A DNA stretch of 58,301 nt, the filler included, from Sphacelaria rigidula (lineage: Eukaryota), in assembly GCA_964200075.2 (NCBI GenBank). It is 8 parts of 8 records of this genome, joined end to end, with 100 filler letters (N's around TTAATTAATTAA, not from the genome) between each part and the next. Parts side by side here need not be neighbours in the genome. Positions count along the whole stretch, not along the records: positions 1 to 7,201 come from CAXNAA020015991.1; positions 7,302 to 14,502 come from CAXNAA020015992.1; 6 more parts are not named here. One strand, given 5' to 3'. Below, piece by piece: positions 1-12,100 of this stretch. The notes below the pieces were generated by a model. The model saw nothing but the letters and a program-made list of their open reading frames with translations, had not been told where the DNA came from and made no database searches. Numbering within the stretch: the stretch's first letter is position 1; the number at the start of each line of letters is the position of its first letter. A program made the position numbers and the translations under genes.

Positions 1-60
1 TTTAGAGGAAGGTGAAGTCGTAACCAGGTTCCCGTAGGTGAACCTGCGGAAGGATCATTA
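1..60 (+). pseudogene. 3' end of 18S (SSU) rRNA gene, orphan and probably non-functional copy
   Basis: TTTAGAGGAAGGTGAAGTCGTAAC..GTAGGTGAACCTGCGGAAGGATCATTA is the conserved SSU terminus (GGTGAAGTC variant typical of stramenopiles). Two substitutions versus the canonical GTAACAAGGTTTCCG (A25C, T31C). No 5.8S seen downstream in this contig. Confidence 0.85.
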
Positions 61-270
61 CCAAAATCCCGGCGACCCGCGTCCCCCTCCGCCGGAATAC
101 CAATTGCCGGGGGCGAGGACAGTGCGCGCACGCGTCGGCGTCCCCCCGTAAAAAAATGTGATGCGGCTCCCGGCACAAACGTCGAACGTCGGTGCGGGCT
201 ACCGCTACCGGTCCCCTCTGTGTGTGAGCTTCCATCTGCGAGAGATCGCTTGAGCGGCGTAGGGGGTGGC
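61..270 (+). other. ITS1-like GC-rich spacer, truncated (3' limit approximate)
   Basis: Follows GGATCATTA directly, is GC-rich, then composition shifts to AT-rich sequence with no 5.8S motif. Confidence 0.55.
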
Positions 271-1430
271 ATTACTGTGTTAGCAAATGTGTGTGGGGGG
301 GTGAGAGGAGCTAAATGAGCCAGCTCATTATCCAGATCAGTAGTGAATTGTTGTTAGTAGTGTGTTTTCTCGTGGGGATCTTTTCATGGTGTATGTTGTC
401 TTATCGTGATATTTTGTTTCGATTCAAATAGCTATTTGTATATATGCGTGAAGGGTTTTGCTCAACTCGCGCGTGTATCCCCCCAAAGAGGTACTTCGTA
501 TATTTCAACCTTACTTCTTGTAACGGTTGTTTTAGAACATGACACCTTCTTTTAAGGCATGGCGCTTCGTGAACATCGTCAACAAGAGAGCTTCAACTCT
601 CAACAATCGTGTCGACGGTTATGTACAGAGCGAGCGTGCACTCATCTGGGGGCTATTTCCACAGGCCAGAGTAGGCAGCATTATGGGAACGATTTTTATC
701 TTATTTTCCCTCGCGTCGATTGATACATCTCACTCACCTGAGCAGAACACCCCCCCCCTGGTGGACGGCGGCATTATCATGTCCACAACAGGTCGACCTA
801 GTTCGCGAAATGAGACAGCTCCCGCGGACGGTTGTATCCCCGACTTCCCTCGACAAACTGCAGCAGCTAAACTCTCAGATTCACAATTGTACCCAGCACC
901 CCTCTCTCGATTTCGAGGCTCGATTATCCCGCAGCCAAACGAATATGGTAGCAGCACACTCCACGTGGGCATTTGTGAAAAACAAATGGGAAGGGGAGGG
1001 GAACAAAAACGCGAATGGGCATGTGGGTTTGGTGGGTAGCTTCCACCATTTTTCAAATTTTCACAATCCGAGTGTCTGTGGAAATGGCTGCCTGCCGTAG
1101 GGTGGAAATGTGACCCGAACATCCGCGACGCGAACTACACCGCTGTGAACTAACCCGTTAGCGACCCGAGATTTTTCAAGGATTTCATAGCTCGCCTGAA
1201 GGTTGGTTGGCCGTTGGTGTTTCTTCCGGCGAATATCGTGAAAGATGTTGGTAAAAGAGAGGGAGCATACACCTCGGGCGTATGACGTGTACACGGTAGA
1301 TATCAGGAGGCCTCGATCACTCAAATCTGGGCATATTTCGTGTATATTATAATGGGGCGCGTGCGCTTTTTCGACGACTGCAACCATTGTGTTCTGATCC
1401 CACTGCGTGAAACGTGGCTCTATCTTAAAA

Positions 1431-1528
1431 CCCTTAGACCGCGAGGTTAGTCTTCTGTTGAATCGACATCAATTTCAAGTGAAAAAAAGTATGCATGATC
1501 CAGAAAGACTAATCTCGCGATCTAAGGG
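1431..1528. mobile_element. ~100-bp piggyBac-type MITE (family P100)
   Basis: TIRs CCCTTAGACCGCGAGGTTAGTC / GACTAATCTCGCGATCTAAGGG (20/22 match); TTAA on the right flank, degenerate on the left; homologous to the copies at 6362, 6839, 41328 and 42076. Confidence 0.8.
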
Positions 1529-1739
1529 TTAAGACTAGTTGTTGTGCGGACAGATCTCGATTCCGTGGAGATCCACCATCTGTGCACAATCAGGGGGACT
1601 CATGTTTGCCAAAGTCAGGCCAACTTTTATGGGAACGAATCTCGAGTATGTGGAGATCCCAACCTATGCAAAATCGAGGGGACTCAAATTTGTCAAAGTC
1701 AGATCCGTGGGGACCGTTTTAGACTTTATCTTATGATAA

Positions 1740-3430
1740 GACACAAGACTCGAGCTGTACGCAGTTCGGGGGAACTCAAATCGGGAAACGCTTTTTAAGA
1801 ACCCCAATTTGGCCTAAATCGGGGAAGCTCAGATTCGTAGGTCACCATTTGAGAACGGTTTTCCCCGAATCTGTAGGAAGTGACGTACGTACGTTGACGT
1901 AATGTGATGGGGCAACAAGCGTTTGATATTTTTGCAACCGTAGCAGCAGACAGTCTCGTGATAGCGCAGGTCGTGCCTGCCAGCGCCAGCTGCTGGAGCA
2001 GGTTCGCGCGGGGTTTGACAAGCGAATGAGAAGTGTTGACGCCGTACCCTGCGGCGATGGTAAAATATTATACTGCACTGCTGTATATATCATCGTAAGG
2101 AACGGTACTGTACTATCCTACACTCTGTTGTCGCTGTACTTGCAGCGTGATAAATCGCATTGCACTCGTGAACTCTCCTCGCACATCGTGCACTGCTCTC
2201 CAATAGCGACTGTACGACCATGTACTACCACACGGCATTATCGTATACTGTGATTGTGAAGTGTACTGCACTGCATTATGACCTGAAGTGTGCGAGCTGG
2301 GCCGGCAGTAAATCCCGCGTTCGCTTCCCACACCACAACCTCTCATTTTCCCCAAATCAGCGCGACTTGAACTTATCGCTCTGAACTGTAGACCAACATG
2401 GTAACACACGGCACTGCTGCTGGTCGATTGGCGCAGTATTGGCGATGATCTTGTTGCACTGCATTAAGTACCGGGTACGTCTCCTGTCGTTGCCTGACAG
2501 CGTGTCTGGAGACGTTTCGTTTCACCAAATGCGGTGGAATTACGATAGACAGTTGCGCCGCATAGGCGCACGAACACCCGATATGCGCAGGCAAAAGCAC
2601 ACTGGTAGTGCTGCAAGAGGGCATCAAGCTCGTCAATAGCTCCATCATGGGAGAGGACCTCCGAGTCGACTGTCGTACATCACCGCACGAGGGAGAGATA
2701 CTACTTGAAACCGCCCTAGACTCCCCCAAAAGCGAAACCATCACCAAAGTATCGAGACCCTATGCAGCCCGTGAGGTACGAGAGATTATGCACGATTGTA
2801 TTATGCACAAAAAAAGTGGTCATATTGGCATCCGGGCTCAAGACCAGTATAATTTGAGGCTGTTGTATCAGTTTCACCAGCGGGGCGCAGCCGTGTGACA
2901 CGAAAAGTGCGACGCGATTCCCACGCTGAGGTATTTTTTGGCCGAAACTTCACCAGGATGTCCTTGATACGAGTGCCCACAACGCACTGGGAAGTGCAGC
3001 TGATTTTGCAATTTTTTCACGAATTTATGGCAATTTTCTTGTTTTGCTTGAAACTTCAACTTGCTCTAACTTCCGTTTTTTTTCTTTCTCTGCACCTCCC
3101 ATAGGTTTTCGCGGGTTGATGATGAAAATGTCGTGTCAAAATTTCAGTGCCCAGCTCTTCGAATAACCAATCGCGTCTCCATTTTTCATTCAAAAATAAC
3201 TGTCAGCTGGCACAGCTCGTACTGCACTGCATTTATAGCCTAGGGTACCACGGTACGACGCTGTTCTTGGAGGATGACTCACTGCGTGCCTGTTCTTCGG
3301 CGTCATTGTGATACCACACCGCTGCAGATCCCGTGTACAAAACTATTTTAACAAATTTGTGAAGTCATAACATGATAATGGGGTACACACGGATCTGAGG
3401 TCCGCGAATCTGAGTACCCCCAATTTGGTA
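1740..3430 (-). mobile_element. Non-autonomous dispersed repeat (family F), interrupted by a ~940-bp insertion at 2278-3218
   Basis: 1850-2277 and 3219-3400 are the reverse complement of 3640-4450 and of 53590-54130; AAATCGGGG(A)A-CTCARAT-like motifs recur near both ends; 15-bp direct repeat GTACTGCACTGCATT at 2263-2277 and 3219-3233 brackets the insertion. Confidence 0.6.
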
Positions 3431-3629
3431 CAGATGGGGATCCCGCCGTGTCTTACCGATTTGTTTGGTGTCAACAACGTGCGATCGTCGAATTCGCTCG
3501 TTTCTGATTCGTCCGCGCTAATTATTTTTTCAGATGGTTGATAATATGAATGCCGTGGACGTATCAGGTACGAGCAATTTCGATTCCACCGTACGTTTTC
3601 GAGTCGAAAACAATTTGACGAGACACGCC

Positions 3630-4560
3630 CTTGCAAGTCTCACAGATTTTGTGAAGTAGTTTTGTACACTGACGTTCATTTTCTGCGTGAGTGTGGTATC
3701 GCGTACCAGTGAAACTGCAGAGCAGACAGGCGGCGAATAGTCTTTCGAGTACTGTGTCGTACCGTAGTACCCTAGAGTGCTCGTGCTACAGTTCAGGGAA
3801 CTCCCATCAGTACAGTACATGATAATGCCGTGTGGTAATACATGATGGCACAGTCGGTATTGCGAGAACAGTGAGTAGTGTGCGGGAAGAGTTTACCCGT
3901 AATTGTGCGAGTCATCGCACACCCTCTGGATCGAATTTCAGAGCTCGATTAATCAATTGCGAAGAGGGTGCCAATATCAAACGACGCGTTTTCGGACAGC
4001 TATCGACGAGATCTTTCCAGCGCCACCCTTTTCAGAACTAATGCTCTTGTTGTGGAGTGATCGAGCTTTGAAATTCGGTCCATGGGGTGTGCGATGACTC
4101 GCACACCTACGGTAGTAGTGCAGTGCCATACATTACCCTGCAAGTACAGCGACAACAGACTAGGATAGCACGGTACCATTCGTTTATGGTGATACGTACG
4201 GTGGCGCAGTGCACCATAATATGTTACCATCGCCACAGGGTACGACTTTAATACTTATTATCCGCTTGTCAACCCCCGTGCGATCCTGCTCCAGCAGCTG
4301 GCGCGGACAGGCACGCCCTATGCACTGTCACGAGATTGCTGCTGCGGTTGCAAAAATATCAAACGCCCCTTGCCCTATCACCGTACGTCTCTGTACGTAC
4401 GCCAACTTCCTACAAAGAGGGGAACCTCAACTTTCCCCCGATTTTGGACTCAAAATGCGGGAAAACGTCCTAAAAACTCGTGACATCCCGGTTTGAGCTT
4501 CCCTTATCTTGCCCATATTGGGGTCTGTAAAATGCGTCTCCCGACTTGAGGTCCGCCGAT
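3630..4560 (+). mobile_element. Second family F copy, head-to-head with the first, interrupted by a MITE
   Basis: Colinear with 53640-54130 plus 55430-55610 (e.g. GTGTCGTACCGTRGTACCCTAG, ATGTTACCATCGCYRCAGGGTACG, AAAAATATCAAACGCC). Confidence 0.65.
3897..4112. mobile_element. 216-bp MITE with ~55-bp TIRs, Tc1/mariner/pogo-like ends
   Basis: CCGTAATTGTGCGAGTCATCGCACACCC...GGGGTGTGCGATGACTCGCACACCTACGG followed by TA; the segment is absent from the homologous family F copy near 53880. Confidence 0.8.
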
Positions 4561-5490
4561 CTGTGTACGGATCGAGATTGGTGAATGCCATAAAAAGTAG
4601 TGGAAACCTCGCTTTGAAGAATGATCCTTTCTCAAAGTTTTTTTTTTTCAAGTGTCGTACTCCGTTTGCTTTAGAACCCATGATTCGATACTCGGGTGTT
4701 CAGTTTTCGACGGCGTATGTATCTCTGTATCAGCTCCGTTAAACTGCATCGTTCTGTCTCTTCGACTTTCCGAAGGTCCAGGATCTTCACCGGAGGAGCA
4801 TTCGTACACGAATGTCGAGTTCACACGTACCGTGCGCGTTGGGATGCATGGGCGGTTCGCTGGAAAACAACTCATAGCTACTTCGCATTTGGGGAAAGAA
4901 AAAGAAAAAAACACGTTTTTACCGATGTTGTGGGCAAAGTGGGGTACAAAATATGCGTGTAGATTTTTTGGTCGGGTATATACTGAAATGTTTCGTCTGC
5001 CGATGCGCCAGGATTGCGTGTGGCCAATCGGATCCAAGCAATAATCGGCGGGGTGATTGCCAGCAATGAGTACTTCTCTACATTATCAAAGCACTAGATA
5101 TCGTCATGTGTATTTTCTCCTGGAGGATGTGTATATATCGCTCGTGTCAAGATGCCCCCCCCACCCGCCGGAGCTGCGTGCTATCTCTACCTGCACGGTC
5201 CCACATTTATCACGGTACTTCAAGACCGTTCATGATGGGGACAAATATCGAACCTGCGGAGACGCTAATCTGTGCAAAATCGAGCTGGCTCAAAATTGCG
5301 AAAGTGATATTTGCAGGGGCTCCATAATGGTCCCACAGATTTGTTTGAAATAGCTGTGTGCACGGAGGGTCATTTTTTGCAGGGGTGTGTCATCGCTCAC
5401 TATTACGGGGGAACATTGTTGGTAGGAGCGGTTACATGAACGGACGTAACTCGAGCGTTTTTTCGTGGAATTCAACAGACGGTAGCATGA

Positions 5491-5839
5491 CCGGTCGCCC
5501 CGGTGGCTCAGTTGGTAACCCCGAAACCTTCTGATGGTTGGGTCGTGGGTTCGAATCTCGGAGCGATCTGGGATTTTTTCTCACACATTGCCGAACAGTG
5601 AAGAGCGACTATGTCGTGGATACACAAGATTCGACTTTTAATGGTCGACGAGGGAAAGGGACTGCTGAACCCCTCTCGCAATAAAAAAATATAGGCAAGC
5701 ACCGCAGGAGGAAGGTGGAGACCTAATACAAACAAAAGAGAAAAACTCCTGTGTTGACCTTCCTCCTGTGTGACCCCGGCTGGTGGGTCCACATACACCG
5801 AGAGGTGTAGGGCCGGCGTCCAGAATAGATGGGGCGACA

Positions 5840-5908
<69 letters not shown>
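5491..5908 (+). mobile_element. tRNA-derived SINE, copy 1, with (CA)n tail
   Basis: Pol III A box TGGCTCAGTTGG (5504-5515), B box GGTTCGAATC (5548-5557), ~270-bp body shared with four other copies, (CA)n tail ~5844-5908. Confidence 0.9.
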
Positions 5909-5909
<1 letters not shown>

Positions 5910-6361
5910 CTCGGATGAACCACAAGGTCCACCTGATCATCGGCCAGCAAAAAAAGAATAAAGAAGAAAGTGCACACAAGAAGTTAAGGGACATCTCTTG
6001 ATTTTTTTCTGCTGGTGTCCCCCCAGCCGTGGTTCAGGGGTTGAGATATGGCATGCCGTATCTTCGGTGTGTGGACGCCGATATCGACAAGCGAAAGCTC
6101 GGATGAACCACAAGGTTCACGCGATCATCGGCCAGCAACAAGAGAACAAGATAAAATCCACACAAGAACTTAAGGGACATTTTGTGATTTTTTCCCTGCT
6201 GCTGTCCCCCCCAACCGTGGTTTAAGGGTTGAGATATGACATGCCGAATCTCCGGCGTGTGGACGCCGATGTCGACAAGCGATAGCTCGGATGAACCACA
6301 AGGTCCACGCGATCATCTGTCAGTAAGAAAAGAACAAGAAAAATTCCACACAAGAAGTTAA

Positions 6362-6463
6362 CCCTTGGACGGCGGTGCGGGTGGTCCATCTGGACCACGC
6401 ATAATTTTTTCAAATGATTGTTGATGCCGACTCAGCAGGTGACCGACCCTCGCGTTCTAAGGG
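6362..6463. mobile_element. P100 piggyBac-type MITE inserted in a satellite monomer
   Basis: TTAA-CCCTTGGAC...GTTCTAAGGG-TTAA; empty monomers carry a single TTAA at this site. Confidence 0.9.
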
Positions 6464-6838
6464 TTAAGGAACATTTCGTGATTTTTTCCTGCAGGTATCC
6501 CCCCAACCGGGGTTTAAGGGTCGAGGTATGGCATGTCGAATCTCCAGCGTGTGGACGCCGATATCGACAAGCGAAAGCTCGGATGAACCATAAGGTCCAC
6601 CCAATCATCGGTCAGCAACAGAGAACAAGAAAAATTTCACACAAGAACTTAAGGAGCGTCTCTTGATTTTTTTCTGCTGGTGTCCCCCCAGCCGTGGTTT
6701 AAGGGTTGAGACGTGACATGCCGAATCTCCAGCGTGTGGACGCCAATGTCGACAAGCGATAGCTCGGATGAACCACAAGGTCCGCGCGATCATCGGCCAG
6801 TAAGAAAAGAACAAGAAAAATTCCACGCAAGAAGTTAA

Positions 6839-6940
6839 CCCTTGGACGGCGGTGCAGGTAGTCCATCTGGACCACGCATAATTTTTTCAAGTGATGATTA
6901 ATGCCAACTCAGCAGGTGACCGACCCTCGCGTTCTAAGGG
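6839..6940. mobile_element. P100 piggyBac-type MITE, co-amplified copy
   Basis: Near-identical to 6362-6463, same position in the monomer, TTAA on both sides. Confidence 0.9.
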
Positions 6941-7201
6941 TTAAGGAACATTTCGTGATTTTTTCCTGCAGGTATGCCCCCAACCGGGGTTTAAGGGTCG
7001 AGGTATGGCATGTCGAATCTCCAGCGTGTGGACGCCGATATCGTGAAGCGATAGCTCGGATGAACCATAAGGTCCACGCGATCATCGGCCAGCAAGAAAA
7101 TAACAGAAACACAATGCACACAAGAAGTTAAGGGACACCTCTTGATTTTTTTCTGCTGGTGTCCCCCCAGCCGTGGTTCAGGGGTTGAGATATGGCATGC
7201 C

Positions 7202-7301
7202 NNNNNNNNNNNNNNNNNNNNNNNNNNNNNNNNNNNNNNNNNNNNTTAATTAATTAANNNNNNNNNNNNNNNNNNNNNNNNNNNNNNNNNNNNNNNNNNN
7301 N
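7202..7301. other. Artificial contig linker; identical linkers at 14503-14602, 21803-21902, 29103-29202, 36403-36502, 43703-43802 and 51003-51102
   Basis: 44 N + TTAATTAATTAA (stops in all six frames) + 44 N; the contigs between linkers are size-sorted (7201 to 7199 bp). Confidence 0.98.
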
Positions 7302-7339
7302 CGATAAATGAGGGCCCCCCCCCCCCGCCTCCCCGGTGA

Positions 7340-7410
7340 TTGCTCCGTCTCGAAAGGGATGCGTGGTCAATGGTCAAATGACTAAGGCAAGCAACAAATG
7401 AGTACGCCCC
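7340..7410 (+). mobile_element. Very short LINE 3'-end fragment with target-site duplication
   Basis: GCTCCGTCTCGAAAGGGATGCGTGGTCAATGGTCAAATGACTAAGGCAAGCAACAAATGAGTACG matches the 3' end of the LINE at 20285-21216; flanked by CCTCCCCGGYGA at 7328-7339 and 7411-7422. Confidence 0.8.
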
Positions 7411-9124
7411 CCTCCCCGGCGAGGGGGTCCCTCGCCGTCATTGGGAGACTTGCTTTCATCCTACATCATGATTTCCCCGCTATGGTCGAGGTCTCTAATC
7501 CAACGAAAAGTTATGGTGATATCATCAGCCATCTTGCCCGCAGAAATAACTGCAGATTTGCACTGAATCAAACGCTCATAGCGAAAAGCAGATTCGAGAA
7601 AATCAGCGTCGCGGAGACCACCCCGTTCTATTTCAGCAGTATCGGTAACATAAAGCAGGGGGGTTGATAAGTTGCGGGAGCAGGTGTTGTTGAGGATGGG
7701 TCGTGGGGACCTGCATAACAATCGCAGGAATCATAGACTAGGTGCTAATGCACGCTGCGGTCGCGATATGGCGATATTTTTATCTTGAAAGTGAAAGCAC
7801 CATCCGCAATTTCTAAATTCCCCCTCTACTCGGGGGTTATGAACGTCGGGGTGGAGAATTCCTGTCGAGAAATTAACGGATGTCGAAATAATTCGGAATT
7901 AGAAGAGGTGTCTCAAACTCGCGGTTCCTGGTATATTCCACAGTAATTTACAATCAAATATGCCGGAAACCTCGAGTTTGAGATACTGGACCTCTGGAAC
8001 ATGGGTTTACACATTCCTGGTCGATCTCTTCAAATAGTTGACGCCACGCACGACGGTCGGCGAATGAATTTTCATTTGTCCTGAAGGTCTCGGCGCCTGC
8101 GGGAGAGGGTAGAACAATGTACTGCCCGCGACTCAATGCCAGCGGTTCGTGTTGCATAGTGAGAATTCTCTGTACCAATGGCCCAAACGACATTGCGCCG
8201 ATGACCGGGACACGTGCTGGACTCAATGCCAGCGGATCGTGTTGCCCAGTGAAAATTCTCAGTAACAATAGCCCAAGTCTAGCTGCGCCGATGAGCGCGG
8301 CAAGTGCTGTAAGCGTGCTCGCAGCGGTAGTCATGGTGCAAAACCACACACGCACGCTTCGTACCCTCAACACGTGCAAAACTGTAAGATCTAGTACGCT
8401 GTAGATGGTACGTGGAGCTGCGGCACAAAACACTACAGACTGCTGCTGATGTGCACAATTATGCAGCGCAATATGATAATAGCAGTTATAGCAGTTCTTC
8501 AGATCCCACACCACTCATCAGTGTTACGCCGGGGAACTTGTTTTTTTTACAGTCTTTTAAACGCCTCCGCGAAAAACGGTGAAAAACGGTGGATGATGGC
8601 ATATATCCTGATTTTACGAGGATGGTAAGCACCAGCTGTGCGTGCAGCAGTGGCCCAGACAGCATCGCCCAGGCGGAGGGAGCATGCGCGTGGAGGACTA
8701 AAGTATGTTCATATATAGATAGACGAGACCTATGGCAGATTGCAATAGCAACAGTGCTCTTTGCCGGGAGTTATAGCAGAATCCGTCCTGCCCCGGGTGA
8801 ACACCATCCCCCCCTGGGAAACCTGACCCCCGGTGTCATGGGAGAGCACTGCGCTCACGCAACACCACTGGCAGAGACGCAGAGATCGATTTGAGCATCT
8901 GAACAAAGCAGTAGTTCCATTGCAAAAGGATTGACTGAAATCCGTTCATGTAACAGATGAAACGAGTTGACTAACGTTTGAAAAGTTTGAATTTTTATCC
9001 CCACCAGCACATGGGCACTGCAGAGAATCCCCTTTCCGTCGTACAAGCTGTTAATCCCAGTACAGTATAGCCCCGCGCAGTACAACACCATGCACCCCAG
9101 CGCAGCACAGAACAGCACGACTGC

Positions 9125-12100
9125 ATGCAACGAAGTGCAGTGCAGCACAGAGTATTGTACAGTCTGCGTAGTGTTATGCGCGGGTATGAACTAAGCCGGC
9201 TGGCAGAAGAAACACTGTGTACAGTACTACTTTCGTACGTAAATGGCGGTCGTGACCTTGCCATTAAGATTCACGCCGTTGCCAGATGCGGCCCTGGGAA
9301 ACGTGTACTTCAAGGGGTCGTGTGCTCGATGGAGAAAGGTACCACACGCGCCTGGTGCCATTTGAGGCGCAATGATCGCATGTTGGGAACGTGCGCCTGG
9401 GTTCCAACGACCACGAACGTGGAGGAAGATCAACGGAGTGTACAGAGCGCGGGGGGTGTCAAGAAACTCTCATTTAGAGCAAGGCTCGGCGTCTTTTTTT
9501 CTCTCCGAATCCAGCAGGAATGCTGAAATCCATTTTTTTGTTCGACGAGGTGGAAAACGCCGAATGCCTCAGTTTCAAGTTCTCATTCTGCACAGGCGTA
9601 GGAGTAGCAGGCATCCAAGGTACCCCCCTACTCGTATCCTCTGCCGAAAGGGACTGGAGGATCAGTACTGTACCGTGGGCTAGCAGTACGCAAGCAGTAC
9701 GTAAATCACTCTTGTTCCTAGTCAAATTCGGAACATAATACAGTGCAGTATTATAGGAGTATGGTACATAGTGTCATTATCCGTGAGTTATTCCAGTAGA
9801 TATCAGTGTTGTCTGCCAGTTCAAGAGTGGAGGCAGCTTCGCCGGGGAGCTGATGTAGCCATGGCGGTCGTAGAGGCAGGTTCTTTTTGTCTTGAGCCCA
9901 TGTCATTCTTGCAGGTTTTTACCTGCCGACCCCCTTGCACTTTCCAACTTCTAACTCTTATGTTCCCCTTGAGTTTACCACAAATGCTTCCCATTGACTT
10001 CTTGAATTCAGCAAAAAAACGAGCCTGCGATTATTACAAAAGCTGCGATATTTCTAACATCGGTCGCTCCTGTAATCGTACATAAATTTCGAGTTGGGAA
10101 TTCGGATATTACAACAATACGATACGATGATCGGATACTGCGACCATGACAGATGATGATGCAGCAAGGAACTCCGTTGTCGTTGGACCTCGCAGCACGA
10201 GGACCGCAATGTTGGATGCACCTGGAATCAAAAGCATTGATGTACAATCCTACCCCACCCACCCCCCGGTTCATTCCCTGACCGTAAATGCAGAAGATCC
10301 CCAAGATTCACACTTTGAATGCTACGTCTGGAGCACATCTCAGACGCCAGTGGGGGCACTCCGAACGTGAGATACGACATCGCAATCAATCTCAAGATAA
10401 GAGCACCACAACGCACTTAATGCAGCAATACCGCGGAAAGAGTAAGCGCTGAAGATCGCGAGCACCTTACTACATTACACTCGTTCCCGCTGACGATTGT
10501 GTGTCTTGAACAAAATTGAGTCTGCATACATTTCGGAATGACATCCTGTCCTATGAGCCCGCGACTTCTGCGCTCGGAAACAAAAAGGGGACCACACGGC
10601 TAACACGTTGTGCCGATCTATCGTTATTCCGTATCCTCCGGACAGGTTGTAAAGTGCCTGCGCGTCCCAGCGCCAACCCCTCCAACACATGCCACATTCG
10701 CGGTTGACAGCGGATCACGACCGGTACACTCCGAACGTGCAGCGCCGGTGGGAAATCAGAGGGACATCGCCGGGGGTCACGCCGGCGAAATGGGCGCAGT
10801 GCGAGAGCGGCTGAGCTCCCCATCATATGGGGAAAAGACGGCGACTGTACTGTTCTCTGCCTCGGAGGCGTCAATAGCAACTACCGATGGCGCATCTGTT
10901 CAAAATCAGGGGTCGGCAGAGGGGTACAACAACCGTCGGAGTGCATTGGGTTGTTGGCGATGTCGTGCGGGTATATTGAGCCGCAAGGCCCAAACGCAGT
11001 TCAAGTAACTGTCAAACGCATTGTTAACGGGGGACCCCGATTCATCCTGGTGAACAGGGTGTACAGTGCGATCGTGACTCTGAGGGACGGGAGTGAAAGC
11101 GCTTGGCCCCCCGACGGACAGTATGATTGGCTGACGCATCGTGTCAAGGTGGCGCTGTTCGTTTTCACCTGCCTGTTGGCTGGCTGTGACTTCCTGCCGC
11201 GTGTATCCGGGATTCCTTTCCTCAAGATGTGGGAATTCGTGCTGAAGGCCTTGAGAACGCCAAATTTGTTCACTGAACCGATAGTGGTGATCGGAGAGGG
11301 TGGGCCGAGGGTTAGGTCAACGGGGGAGTGAAGCTGCTTGCTACGGTTTTTTTCTTCAGGTACGAAAACGCTTTTGCGCAAATCGCCGCGGACCCTGGAC
11401 TTCTGTTCACGACGTGTGGGCGGAACTTGGAGTCATTCGTGAACAAGATCCACCTGTGTATCTCCACAGCACATGGACGCATGCCTTCTCGCTGCTGCCC
11501 GGATTTGGACGCATGCAGTATGCACATGGCTAAGTCCGATGCAGTATTCGAATATTTGGGGGAGGGGGTTGGGAAGAGCATGCCTGCAGTGAAGTTCAAG
11601 GGGCGCGGATGGAGCGTTGAACCGGAAAAGAAGACACATTATAAGGGTGGGGTGAAGACAGCGAGCAGAGGGACGGTGGAGCTCGCACGGGAAAACATAG
11701 TGGTGTGCTTGTCAAGCCACGCGTACGTGGATACATCCGGAAATGTGCAAACCCTCCGATATTCTTGCAAGCCATAAAGGGCGGTGCAGAGACGTCATCG
11801 ATGCCGGGGATGTAGGTGTTTGGGGAACTGCACTCTGAGCTGCGGTTGCCAGGGCCGATGCATGTTGCCCCCTCCCAGTTCCCCGGCGACAGACGCGACG
11901 TCCACTGATATTACCGCCGCAGTAGACATCGGTGCACGCCGCCAATGTCATAACGGTAGGGGAGGATCGACGGCGAACCGTGGAAAATGCGGGTTAGCGG
12001 GGAAGCATGGCAGGGGCGGGTCCGCCGCGAGCGATGGAAGGGACGAGTCAGCGGCGTTGCGTACTACGGGCGAGGTGAATGGAGCGAGAAAAGCGCCAGG

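Larger units (their letters stand above)
5910..7201. repeat. Tandem satellite, ~185-188-bp monomer with a 477-bp higher-order unit; runs off the contig end
   Basis: CTCGGATGAACC recurs at 5910, 6098, 6286, 6578, 6763 and 7055 (periods 188, 188, 292, 185, 292). Confidence 0.93.

Noticed and set aside
539-1387. ORFs of 108-166 aa on both strands after the ITS fragment
   Set aside because: Overlapping, no recognisable domain or splice pattern; probably decayed repeat DNA.
5493-5570. tRNA gene (also 17931, 37335, 38407, 53490)
   Set aside because: A and B boxes are present but there is no canonical cloverleaf, and each is fused to the same body and CA tail: SINE heads.
5910-7201. Hammerhead ribozyme, 5S or snRNA array in the satellite
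   Set aside because: No CTGANGA...GAAA core seen on either strand and no recognisable RNA-gene motif; an Rfam scan would be decisive.
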